NCBI GenBank assembly: GCA_951406725.2
Contig: OX597821.1
Coordinates: forward strand, 99,200,001-99,264,000
From: Octopus vulgaris
Taxonomy: Eukaryota
DNA length: 64,000 bases
Direction of reading: 5' to 3'
Of the stretch, positions 12,529 to 23,184 are shown one piece after another; positions within the stretch are counted from its first letter, which is position 1, and every line of letters starts with the position of its first letter. A model generated the notes under the pieces. It did no database searches. It was not told where the DNA came from and was given only the letters and a program-made list of their open reading frames with translations. The translations under genes and the position numbers were made by a program.

Positions 12529-13968
12529 TTATTCTTCTGCATGAATACATTCATGTGTAGATAAGAGACTTTTGCGAGAATATGATTTACTACAGATGTA
12601 GCAGTGATATGGTTTTTCTCCTCTATGAATATGTTTGTGTGCAGCCAACTGATCATTTCGAGAGAATGCTTTACCACAGATATCACACTGATATGGTTTT
12701 TCTCCTGTATGAATACGTTTGTGAGTATTTGATTCACTACTTTGAGAGAAAGATTTACCACAAATATCACAGCGATATGGCTTCTCTCCTGTGTGAATGC
12801 GTTTATGAGTAGTTAAGTTACTTCCTGCATGGAATGACTTACCACAGATATCACAGTGATATGGTTTCTCCCCTGTGTGAATACGTTCGTGAGTAGTTAA
12901 GTGATATTTTCTAGAGAATGATTTACCACAGATATCACAGTGGTAGGGTTTTTCTCCAGTATGAATTCGTTTGTGAGTAATTAGGTTACTTCTTACGGAG
13001 AATGACTTTTCACAGATATTACATTGATAAGGTTTCTGTCCTGTATGAATACGTTTGTGGTTAGTGAAATTATTACTTCCAGAGAATGATTTGCCACAGA
13101 CATCACAATGATATGGTTTCTCACCAGTATGAATACGTTTGTGAGAATTTAAGTGCTCATTTTGAGAAAATGATTTACCACAGATATCACAATGATATGG
13201 CTTAGCTCCTGTATGAGTGCGTTTGTGAGTAATTAAATGATAATTTCGAGAGAATGATTTACCACAGATATCACAATTATATGGTTTTTCTCCAGTATGA
13301 ATACGTCTATGTGCAGTTAAGCTACTGTAATCAGAAAAGGATTTATCACAGATATCACAGCAATATGGCTTCTCCCCTGTATGTATACGTATGTGTTTAG
13401 TTAAGGTACTATTTACAGAGAATGATTTACCACAGATATCACAATGATATGGTTTCTCTCCTGTATGAATACGTTTATGGGTAGATAAACCACATGTTTG
13501 GGGGAATGATTTGCCACAGATATCACAGTGATATGGTTTCTCTCCTGTATGAATACGCTTGTGGGTAGCTAAACGACACGTTTGTGGGAAAGATTTGCCA
13601 CAGATATCACAGCGATATGGTTTCTCCCCTGTATGAATACGTGTGTGGTTAGTTAAATAATCATTCCTAGAGAATGATTTACCACAGATATTACAGTGAT
13701 ACGGCTTCTCACCTGTATGAATACGCTTGTGTGTAGTTAAGGAATTTCCTTCAGTGAAGGACTTACCACAAATATCACAGTGATATGCTTTCTCTTTTGC
13801 ATGAATGTGCTTATGTTTAGTCAAGCTGCCTGACTGAGAGAAAGATTTACCACAAACATCACAGTAATATGGCTTTTCTCCTGTATGAATACGTTTGTGA
13901 GTAGTTAGGTAACTATTTTTACAGAATGATAAACCACAGATATTACAGAGATATGATGATTTTCCCAT
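12529..13968 (-). CDS. ZNF2: poly-C2H2 zinc-finger protein, 17 fingers
   Basis: 17 C2H2 repeats with TGEKPY linkers. The ORF-track start at 13986 is TTG; first in-frame ATG is at 13968 (MGKSSYLC). Fingers 5 and 6 (PQTCRL/PQTCGL) are a tandem duplicate. Confidence 0.9.
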   Translation of the reverse strand: MGKSSYLCNICGLSFCKNSYLTTHKRIHTGEKPYYCDVCGKSFSQSGSLTKHKHIHAKEKAYHCDICGKSFTEGNSLTTHKRIHTGEKPYHCNICGKSFSRNDYLTNHTRIHTGEKPYRCDICGKSFPQTCRLATHKRIHTGEKPYHCDICGKSFPQTCGLSTHKRIHTGEKPYHCDICGKSFSVNSTLTKHIRIHTGEKPYCCDICDKSFSDYSSLTAHRRIHTGEKPYNCDICGKSFSRNYHLITHKRTHTGAKPYHCDICGKSFSQNEHLNSHKRIHTGEKPYHCDVCGKSFSGSNNFTNHKRIHTGQKPYQCNICEKSFSVRSNLITHKRIHTGEKPYHCDICGKSFSRKYHLTTHERIHTGEKPYHCDICGKSFHAGSNLTTHKRIHTGEKPYRCDICGKSFSQSSESNTHKRIHTGEKPYQCDICGKAFSRNDQLAAHKHIHRGEKPYHCYICSKSYSRKSLLSTHECIHAEE

Positions 13969-14399
13969 GTTTTTTGCAGCTTTCAATAAAAAAGTTTATT
14001 CCTTAAGTTTCTTTCAAAATTAGTTTTCCATAATTTTATTGTCTCCACAAGATATGGCTCATTTTCTTTGTTTTTGTACTTACAAATAGTTCTACATCTA
14101 TATTTCCATCAGTTGTGATCTTTGTCCATATCTGAAGATGTTGCATGCTTCTTTATAAAATTTCTCCAAGTCTAGTTAGAAAGTAAACACATTTGGTGCA
14201 AATTCCAAATAGTGAAGTAGAGAAATGTTATTAACAATTTCACTCAGAGGAACCATTTCACAGTTATTCTACAACAGACATATAGATTGAGTTATACCTA
14301 TTTTGTATAACACCTTCTATTAGTCTCTAGAAGTTGATAAACATAGATGACGATGCAGCTGATGTGAAGAGTCCTTTTAATCCAATGCCATCTGATATT

Positions 14400-14422
14400 C
14401 TGAAGTAAAAAGAGAAACTCTA
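14400..14422 (-). other. Splice acceptor of the ZNF2 coding exon (exon starts at 14399)
   Basis: Minus strand TTTCTCTTTTTACTTCAG|AATATCAG, homologous to the ZNF1 acceptor. Confidence 0.75.
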
Positions 14423-14866
14423 TAAGACACAGAGGATACTTAAAGATTCAACATTAGAAATTCTACTACATTTCTATATTTATAGAGTATAAACATTTAC
14501 CTGAACCTTTAAATTTAACTATTCGATTTCTACTAAAATGCAAAATGCTCACCCCTATTTATGAGTAATGCAATGATATATTAAAATCCAAATTTCACAA
14601 AGAAACAAAAATAGAAGATAGAAGAACAGATACAAAGAAGTGAGCAAGCTGACAATGGCCAATAGTCCAAAGTGGGCACCAAGTAGAACTAGGAGAAACA
14701 GAGACCTTGGGAAAAGAAAGCCTATGTAATCTGTAAGTCCTATATAAATGGTAGCAAATGACACAGAGACAGGCTGGCAATTTGCTTATGCCAAACCCTG
14801 TGAGAACTGTCACCAATGGAATAAAAACTTCCATGAGGATCAGCAAGGGCACACAACCATGTTAAA

Positions 14867-15068
14867 GGCGGCGAGCTGGCAGAACCGTTAGCACACCGGG
14901 CGAAATGCGTAGCCATATTTCGTCTGTCGTTACGTTCTGAGTTCAAATTCCGCCAAGGTCAACAAATTCAGTACCAGTTACGCACTGGGGTCGATGTAAT
15001 CGATTTAATCCGTTTGTCTGTCCTTGCTTGTCCCCTCTATGTTTAGCCCCTTGTGGGTAATAAAGAAA
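14867..15068 (+). mobile_element. SINE family A copy
   Basis: Matches 3142-3370 with an internal deletion. Confidence 0.8.
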
Positions 15069-15689
15069 CAACCATGTCACAGCACATACTATCTCTACCC
15101 TGGAAATATGCTGATGTTGCACATACTGCTTGCAAGAAAAGACAATATACATATGAAGTATGGAAAAGCAGTCAAACAGCAGTCTTTTTTAAATATGGCA
15201 CAGAGAATTGTAACACAGCTGACCTGTTTACATCAAATCATCATCATCCAGTGTTTTAAATCTGGGTTTTGTTCCCATTAACAGGGGTGACCAGATCTAC
15301 TTCAATGCCATAGCAACCGAGATAGGCAGGTGCAGCCCACCCCAACCTTCGGGCTGGCTGGTGCCCATTCTCCTTTGCTATCATGAGGTTTTTTCGAGCT
15401 GGATTTTCTATAGGAAGCATGCCCTTGCTTACCCGCAACCTCAGTTTCTAAACATGAGTGGTCCCGAGACCAAGGCCTCTACCACGATTTTTAAGAAATG
15501 TGGTGGAAAACTAGCTCAGGAAGGCAGAGATGTTACTCCCTGAGACCCCTTTTGGACCCCCACCCCATCACTTAATACAGAATCAAAGTTATGCATTCCA
15601 GCACTCAAGACCATCACAAACAACAAAAGAGACAGAGTGGCCACCTCTGACACTGCTGCAAACACCACACCAGAGGTCACTTCTGATGC

Positions 15690-15880
15690 CACAATTTTAC
15701 TGCTAAATGCCAAAGGCCTTGTAAGACATACCAGGCAATTTAAAATTCCATACCTGAGAGACCCAGTTACATATAATTTATGCTTAACACTAACATAAAT
15801 GCATCTGCCAAAACACAGATACCAAAGAATGTTTTATTCCATACTAACAGACAAGAAAGGACTCAGGGTGGAGTTTTATT
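15690..15880 (+). mobile_element. Possible LINE AP-endonuclease N-terminal remnant
   Basis: Translation TILLLNAKGLVRHTRQFKIPYLRD resembles the N-x-x-G-L start of APE domains. Highly decayed. Confidence 0.35.
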
Positions 15881-17280
15881 GACAAAATTCAACACTTTAT
15901 GACAATCATGCAAACCATATACAATTCCAGAGAGAATTTTCAACCAACAAAAAAAAGCATAATTTCAAGAATTTCAATGAGACGAAGAACAAAGATCGCA
16001 AACCATTTAAATAGGTTATCAAACAGAGAAGAATGCTATTGCAAGCAAGCACTATTTAAGACTGAAAATGAACACACCCCACTAGATATTTCTGTTTATA
16101 ATTTTAAATTTTTGGAGAACCTGAGAAGATTGTTGCTGGAATTTATCCACAGTGATTTTAAAAAAGAGGTACATAAAACATACTTTATTTTAATAGCATA
16201 CTTTTCTGTTAGTAAATGTTTTCTTACACACAGCTTTGCTTGGTTGGTTTGAAAACGTGCTTTTTTGCAAAATCTTAATTTCCTTTATCGAAAACATCAG
16301 AATGCGAAGAAATTGTTGAATGAGACAAAAAAAAACGGAAAGGTGGGATGCTTACACCTTACCTCTACCTTTACTTTTGTTGCTTATATCCCAGCAAAAG
16401 GTCATGTGTTTATAGGGGGGAGGGGTATTAAAATGACATCAATGCATGTGAGAGTGCCGAAAAAACGAGGAAGGTAGTCGTGGGGTGTGCTGGAAAGGTC
16501 TTGTTATTGTTTTGTCGAGTTAAACCGAAGGATTGTCATTTTTTTTTAATAAAAAGATACCCTTCATTTCGAAGGCCCTGGTCAAAAAAAAATCATTGTC
16601 GAAACGGAGAACATCCAACACGTGGGCGTCCAGAAGCGAAACTCCACCAAAAATTAATTGAGGAAATCAATTCAAGTTTCGTATCATTTTCCTTCGTGGA
16701 ATATAATTGTAATTAACTTAATTAGATTCATTTCTTTAAGTATATTTATCTCGAAATTATTGAATGAATGACTGAAATATTCATCTAATCTTCAGCATGT
16801 TTACCATTTAACCTAATATCCATATAAAGCTATTTGACAATCCATATGCCGATCACCAATGAATTTTAATTATTATAAAACGTAAACAATAGAAATACCG
16901 GCAAACACATCGCCAATTCCGGAAAAAGTGAAATTGAAATTTTGAAAATGCGATTTTTGAAAATGTTTTTGTTCCCGAATCAGATCCTCCATAACCAAAA
17001 ACGTGGGGTTCCATAAAAAGAAATTGGTAAATCAATATATATATCAATTTTACCTGAAGTTATGAGGGAAAAATCGGATCTTGTGAATTTTCCGAAAGTA
17101 CCCTCCCCACCCCTCATCCCCAGGGTCATCAGCGCGCATTTTTTTTTCATATTCGTTTTCCATACACTTATTAACACACCCACACCAGACTGTTTTTTTT
17201 TTTTGTTCTCGGGTGAAGGTCTTTATATTGACTTCGCATTAGCACCGACTTATAAAGTCCTCTCAGCGACACTATTATCA

Positions 17281-17507
17281 CTATTTCAAGATACATTATT
17301 CTCTTCTAATTAAAACATGTTTAACTGAAAAGTGCTCACACTGGAATCGGTATTTTCATATCGCAATAACATGTGCTGTCTGGGAATTACAAATTATTTC
17401 ACTGTAATATATTGAACATAAACAGAGTAAACAGTAAAACGTAAACAATTAAAATCGGACAAAATCGCAGAGGAAGACTCTTGTCGAAGTCTGTCAAGTC
17501 TGACAGT
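17281..17507. promoter_or_regulatory. Paralog-conserved non-coding block B, ZNF2 copy (partial)
   Basis: TTTCAAGATACATTATTCT...CTAATTAAAACAT...GTGCTCACACTGGAATCGGTATT...AAACGTAAACA aligns by eye with 43870-44067. Confidence 0.55.
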
Positions 17508-17512
17508 GTATG

Positions 17513-17939
17513 GGCAATCTTTCGTCTCTAGTAGACCTTTCCGTCGATTTCCGTAAAAAAAATTTTTTTTTTTACATATGGGCTTGCGGGAACTTTTGAA
17601 GTAATGAGAGCGAAAGAGACTAAGAGAAAGCGATTGTATGACGAGGGAAGTTCTTTTGAAGTTACCGTGCATGTGAAGCATTGATGTACGTGTGTGTGTG
17701 TGTGTGTTTGATGGGGTGTGGGAGACAGACAGTATGTTGTGTAAGTGAAGTGCTTCTGTTAGTGTGTGTGAAGAGACAGAGTAATGTGTGAAAGAAAGAG
17801 ATAACTGAAATTTTTTACTCGGTGTATGTGTATATGTATGTATGTATATTACTTCAAAAGTTCCCGCAAGCCCATATGTAAAAAAAAAAATTTTTTTACG
17901 GAAATCGACGGAAAGGTCTACTAGAGACGAAAGATCGCC
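17513..17939. mobile_element. MITE with ~92-bp TIRs, Merlin-like, in inferred ZNF2 intron 1
   Basis: GGCAATCTTTCGTCTCTAGTAGACC... / ...GGTCTACTAGAGACGAAAGATCGCC. AGTGTATG occurs at 17505-17512 and again at 17951-17958. Confidence 0.85.
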
Positions 17940-18132
17940 AGTGTGGCAATAGTGTATGTTGAGGCGTTTATGTATTTCTATGAAGAACCCAGCAAATATA
18001 TATGTGCAGAGTATATATACATGTGTATCTGTGTACGAATGTTTGTGAGAGAAGATGTGTAGAGACAAAAGGAAGGTGAAATATATTATATCAAACTATA
18101 TAATTGGAGACATAAACGAAATGCTGTATTCC

Positions 18133-18265
18133 TCGTACCTTTCTCAAGAGGGGTATTCAGGTGTGGAGGGTCAATCCGTATTAGAATTGAACACAAGAGA
18201 AGAATAGACAATTCAGCAGTCAGGAATCAGGAATCGATCTTTGGTTACCGGAACCGGATGTTTAC
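18133..18265 (-). promoter_or_regulatory. Putative ZNF2 promoter and non-coding first exon
   Basis: CCGGAACCGGATG at 18248-18260 (tandem ETS-like cores) and minus-strand donor AAG|GTACGA (GT at 18138-18137). Homologous to the blocks upstream of ZNF3 and ZNF4. Confidence 0.7.
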
Positions 18266-18522
18266 AGATTATATGAAGGGAATTCTGGATATGGATACAC
18301 ACACACATACACACTCATATGCATGTCGGAATTTTGTCAGTGAACAGGTCGCGGTCTCTAAGCGATGGAAATATTTTGGCAAACTAAATTTAAAAGTTGA
18401 AGTGATTCTAACGGTTTTTGCGTGTGTTTTAAATAGCTTATATACACCTTCTACGCTGCAACTTTTTTTGTTTCAGCACACGATATCAGATCAGGTCACT
18501 TGCTATGCAAGTACATCTCCGT

Positions 18523-18523
18523 A

Positions 18524-18580
<57 letters not shown>
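18523..18580. repeat. (TA)n microsatellite (one of many in the window)
   Basis: Directly visible. Confidence 0.95.
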
Positions 18581-18582
<2 letters not shown>

Positions 18583-18590
18583 CGGAGATG

Positions 18591-18966
18591 GGATCTTTTC
18601 GGTTTGAACGGCAGTTTTTTCTAGCGGTGTCATATGAAATTGTCACCCATTATTATGACACTAGTATCGATCTATTGCATTTCAATCTGTTTTAGGATTA
18701 GGGATGGGGGGAAGGGTATCTTTTTTTCTTCAGAAATGTAAATAAACCCAATCTGTTTCTTAAACGAGGGACATATTCATTGATTGGTTGAAATTGCAGA
18801 AATTGAAGAAGAAAAACAACAAATATCTTACAAACTATAGAATTTTCTCAATAAAGCCAAGAGTAAAATATGTTTTATAAACACATTTTACCAGTATACG
18901 AAGTTTAGAAGTGTTTAGTTACGTGGAAATTATTTTTAAAAACTGCCGTTCAAACCGAAAGGATCC
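18591..18966. mobile_element. MITE with ~29-bp TIRs and exact 8-bp TSD, Merlin-like
   Basis: GGATCTTTTCGGTTTGAACGGCAGTTTTT / AAAAACTGCCGTTCAAACCGAAAGGATCC; TSD CGGAGATG at 18583-18590 and 18967-18974. Confidence 0.9.
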
Positions 18967-19199
18967 CGGAGATGTACTTTGTCGTTAATTGCTCGAAATA
19001 CGGATTAGAAAAACAGCCGACAACTGATGAAGGGTCGTTCCTTGTGTTGCTTGTCTTCTTTTCCATTTGTTTCTTTCGTTGCTTGCAAAAAAAAAAGTCC
19101 TTATTCCATGTCATACTTCGTATTTTTTGTTGTTTATATTTTGTGACGTCCTGTGCCTACATATAGATATGTATATACGTATGCATGTAAGTATGTACG

Positions 19200-20270
19200 T
19201 ATATGCAGATGATTGTGAGCTAGTAGCACACACAGAGATTGATATGCAACACATTTTGAATGCATTCTCTGATGCTTGCACTGCCTTACGATTGACAGTC
19301 AAGTGTTGCTTTCGGAAGGCTAAAAAAGCGCCTCTGGAGTCGGCGAAACATATGCAGAAAGACAAAGATAAAGGTGTACAAGGCATGTGTGCTCCCTTCT
19401 CTTCTCTATACCTGCAAGACGTGGGTCACATATCGATACCACCTTAAACAACTGGAATGTTTCCATCAGATGTGCCTCAGACGGATCTATGGCATTAAGT
19501 GGAAGGACCACATCAGTGATCTTGAAATAATGGAAGGCTCTCGCTGTGAAAGTATAGAAGCTCTTGTGTTAAAGCAAAGGCTCAGATGGAGTGGTCATCT
19601 GGTCAGGATGAAGGATTCAAGGATGCCAAAACAACTCTTTTATGGAGAGTTAGCTAAAGGAGAATGACCTCCACATAAACCAAAAAAGAGGTATAAGGAC
19701 TTGCTGAAGGCTTCCTTAAGAGATGCTTGCATCTCTCCTGACACATGGGAAGGCATAGCTATTGATCGTAGCAGGTGGAGAAGGACTGAGCACGAGGGGA
19801 CAGCCACTTTTGAGAAATCTCAAGTTGCACATGAGAAAGTAAGGAGAGATGTCAGGAAGGGCATTGCTGTTACACTTCCAGATGGGAAGGGTCTTCCTTT
19901 GATGCTGACATGCAATGTCAGTGCAAGACCCAGCCTCAGTAAAGCTGGACTCAAGAGTCATCTTCGTAGTCATAAAGCGAGACAGATGAATGACAACCTG
20001 GCCACTGGTGGTGGTGTAACACACCATACTAATCATATCTGCCGGGCATGTGGAAGAGTGTAATTCGACAGGAGGACTTAAACAACATGCAAAGGTACAT
20101 GAAGCCCAGTTACAACTACAGCCAGCTATTACCGGTAAAGGTTTTAGTTGCCAATTTTGTACAAGACATTGTAGATCTTTAGCTGGGCTAAAAAGTCACA
20201 TTCGATCACAGCACCAGTAACAGTTAAGCTTCATGCAATGGCCATACTCGATAACGAGGGGGCAGCCATA
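19200..20270 (+). mobile_element. RTE/BovB-like LINE 3' fragment with C-terminal C2H2 fingers
   Basis: YADDCELVAH, VYKACVLPSLLYTCKTW and RLRWSGHLVRMKDSRMPKQLFYGEL motifs, with stops and frameshifts. Confidence 0.9.
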
Positions 20271-20329
20271 ATATGTATGTATATATGCATATATACATAT
20301 ATATATATAAAACACATATATATAATACA

Positions 20330-20785
20330 TGGAAATACCACCACCCCCACTATCTCACAATTTTTTTTTTATGGGGTTGGTTTCTTTGCATTAGACCCAA
20401 ATTTTTTAATACGGAGATTCCGGAAAATTGCCAAAAATCAGAATTTTGAGATGTCTCCCTCCCCACCCAATTTCTTCATTTTTCACTTTTCCCCCTAACC
20501 ATAACCATAAAACCCTAACCCTAATCCTAAGTAGAGACATTTTTGGAAATTTTTTCAGAATCATAATCTCTGTATTTTTCTGCATATTTGGGGGGGGGGG
20601 GATTCTAAAAAAGAGTTTAAAATGAAGAATTTAAGGAGTCAGGGGGAAAAGTTTCAAAATGCCGATTTTTCGCAATATTTTTGCAGATTCGTATTCTCCG
20701 TAACCGAAAATGGGAGTTTGTGTAGAAAAAAAAATTAAATAAAAAAAATCAGGTGTTTGGTGGGGGTACAAAAGAAGTCTCGCCA
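20330..20785. mobile_element. Old non-autonomous DNA element with long imperfect inverted arms and a CCCTAA-like core
   Basis: 20380-20470 is loosely inverted relative to 20640-20730; CCTAACCATAACC...CCCTAACCCTAATCCTAA at ~20493-20530. Related sequence at ~16900-17200. Confidence 0.5.
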
Positions 20786-20899
20786 TAATACATATATATA
20801 TATATCTATATAGATAGGTTTTTTTTTAAAGATATTAATGTGTATGTATGTATGTGTGTGGGTGAAAGAGAGAGATGTTTATTTTTAAACCAAAATTTA

Positions 20900-21720
20900 C
20901 AATTCTTGTGCAAAAAGAAAGTTGTTATAATTTCAATTCAACTCGGGGAATCACTTGAGATGTAAATTGGAAATTTTCTCTTTGTGCTCATTCAGCAATT
21001 TTTTTTTCTTGTGTAATATAATTACTTTAATAAATTTTCAATAACTAAAAATTAAATTAGAAAATTGGACAAAACAGAGAACACAGTGGAAAGACTTCCT
21101 CCCCCTCCCCCACTGCCTTCTGTAATGAAGAACACCACCTACAAGAGACAACAAAATGGAATGGTCTGTATTTCTCCCTATGACAATTTAGATGAACTTG
21201 ACCAGTGAAGTGCTGTTTTTCTTTTGTTTTTTGTATTTAAAAGAATAAACATGGTTAAGTAATCTAATCTTCAGTTTAAAAACAGTAGCTCCAATGTAAT
21301 AGTCGACATTTTCAGGTATTTTGACCAAGCACTTATATAACATATTACTTCTCAGACAGTAGTTATCTAAAGGGTACTTGTCATAGTTCCCACAGTTACA
21401 CATTCTATTAGGTATGCTGCCATAAGAGGCCTGATCTATTAGTATTAATGTTAAGAGAAGATACAGTATAATTATCATCCATGATTTTTGGTACCAGATA
21501 GAAGTTTATTATTAGAAACAGGGTCAAATTGGTTAACACAACCTAAATAAATAAACATACATTCACTATTCCAAATAGTATTGTTTCTTACTGTTAATAT
21601 CTGCTAAATTAGGTATAATGAAATATATAAATTTTATAGTATTTCTATTGACTATCATCAACATCTTAAAATAAATTTCCCAGAATGTCTGAATTCTGTA
21701 AAGAACATTATCACATGCTA
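20900..21720 (-). mobile_element. Degenerate Penelope-like element, GIY-YIG endonuclease region
   Basis: ORF 21188-21478: CNC...PLDNYCL..NMLYKC...YYIGAT...KIRLLNHVYSF...NSTSLVKFI. Interrupted; outer boundaries approximate. Confidence 0.75.
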
Positions 21721-22185
21721 TTTCTATTGCATATTCTAGGTCTGTTTTGTTTCCATAATTTATTTTGAGGTCAGCTCTACTCCAGCAATCTTATGACACA
21801 CAGGGGAACCGCTGAATGACTGTATGACACATAAATCTGTTGTTATACTATGCCACAGCATTACATACTTTGACTTGCAGTGACCTTATGAAGGACAGCA
21901 TGGCAGTTTGAACATGTTGTAGTCCCTACATTACCTAGACTATTTCTGTAAATCTGGAGATTCTAGTTGCTGCTACAGTAGAGGTGAGGAATGTAGAGGC
22001 AACAGTCACTGTTCCTATACACTTCCTTGATACCAATTCACTTGTCAATGTTTTCCCATGGCCATTACATGTTCTTGCACAATATGAGCAATGAGGGACA
22101 CAGCTTGTATGAGAGTGACAATCATTTTACAACTGTCACACAATGTCAAGTACATACACACATATATGATGGGATTCTTTCAGTT

Positions 22186-22417
22186 TCTTATTTCTTTATT
22201 GCCCACAAGGGGCTAAACATAGAGGGGACAAACAAAGACAGACAAAGGGATTAAGTCAATTACATTGGCCCCAGTGTGTAACTGGTACTCAATTTATCGA
22301 CCCCAAAACGATGAAGGCAAAGTCAACTTGGTGGAATTTGAACTCAGAACTTAATGGCAGATGAAATACCACTAAGCATTTCCCCCGGCATGCTAACGTT
22401 TCTGCCAGCTCGCTGCC
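22186..22417 (-). mobile_element. SINE family A copy
   Basis: Reverse complement of 3142-3370. Confidence 0.8.
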
Positions 22418-22784
22418 CTAATTCTTTCAGTTTCCATCCACCAAAAACCCTCACAAGGCTTTGGTCAGCCCAGGGATATAAGAGAAGACACTTTCCCAAG
22501 GTAGCATACAGTGGGAGTGAACCAAGAATCATATGACAGGGAAGCAAATACAGATATGTCAAAAAAAGTTTTCAGACAAATTTTTTGATACTGTCACAAT
22601 ATTTGGAAACAGATTTTCTGAAATTATTGTTTAATAGAAATCTATAATGAAAAAATACCTGATTCTGGAACCTGATGGAAGGAAACTTTTTGTGTAAGGG
22701 CTTTGTGCTGTTTTCAGATTTCAAAAATAAGTAGAAACAGCAAAAAGGACTTACATGGAAATTTCCATCCAACAGCTCTGTATT

Positions 22785-23000
22785 ATTCTTTTACTTGTTT
22801 AAGTCAGTTGACTGTGGCCATGCTGGAGCACCACCTTGAAGGGTTTTAGTCGAAGAAATCGGCCCTGAGACTTATTCTTTATAAGCCTAGTATTTATTTT
22901 ATTGGCCACTTTTGTCGAACTGCTAAGTTACGGGAGACACAAATACACCCACATAGGTTATCAAGCAATGGTGAAGGATGGGAAACAGACACACACATAG
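22785..23000 (-). mobile_element. SINE family B 3' half
   Basis: GACTGTGGCCATGCTGGAGCACC segment matches the reverse complement of 9280-9480. Confidence 0.75.
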
Positions 23001-23184
23001 AAATATATATATATATATATATAAGAATTTTTTATCTTATTACGCAAAAAATTCTTATATACACATGCTGACATAGAACCAACGTTGAACTCTTTATTTG
23101 CAAAGAATCTGGAACTTAACTATGGTCTGTCTATAGCACTTATTCAGCACTACCTGACACCTTTGGGTCTCAATTATCTCTTAT

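Noticed and set aside
12516-12812. Alternative-frame and antisense ORFs overlapping ZNF genes (also at 25847, 26018, 38154, 50673 and 60386)
   Set aside because: Typical shadow frames of 84-bp zinc-finger repeats.
17394-18068. 224-aa minus-strand ORF
   Set aside because: Runs through a MITE and (CA)-rich simple sequence; no domain.
18990-19050. Hammerhead at CTGATGA (~19024)
   Set aside because: No correctly placed GAAA or stem III follows, so it cannot be folded into the consensus.
20493-20530. Interstitial telomere or chromosome fusion scar
   Set aside because: Only a few degenerate units, located inside a transposon-like element.
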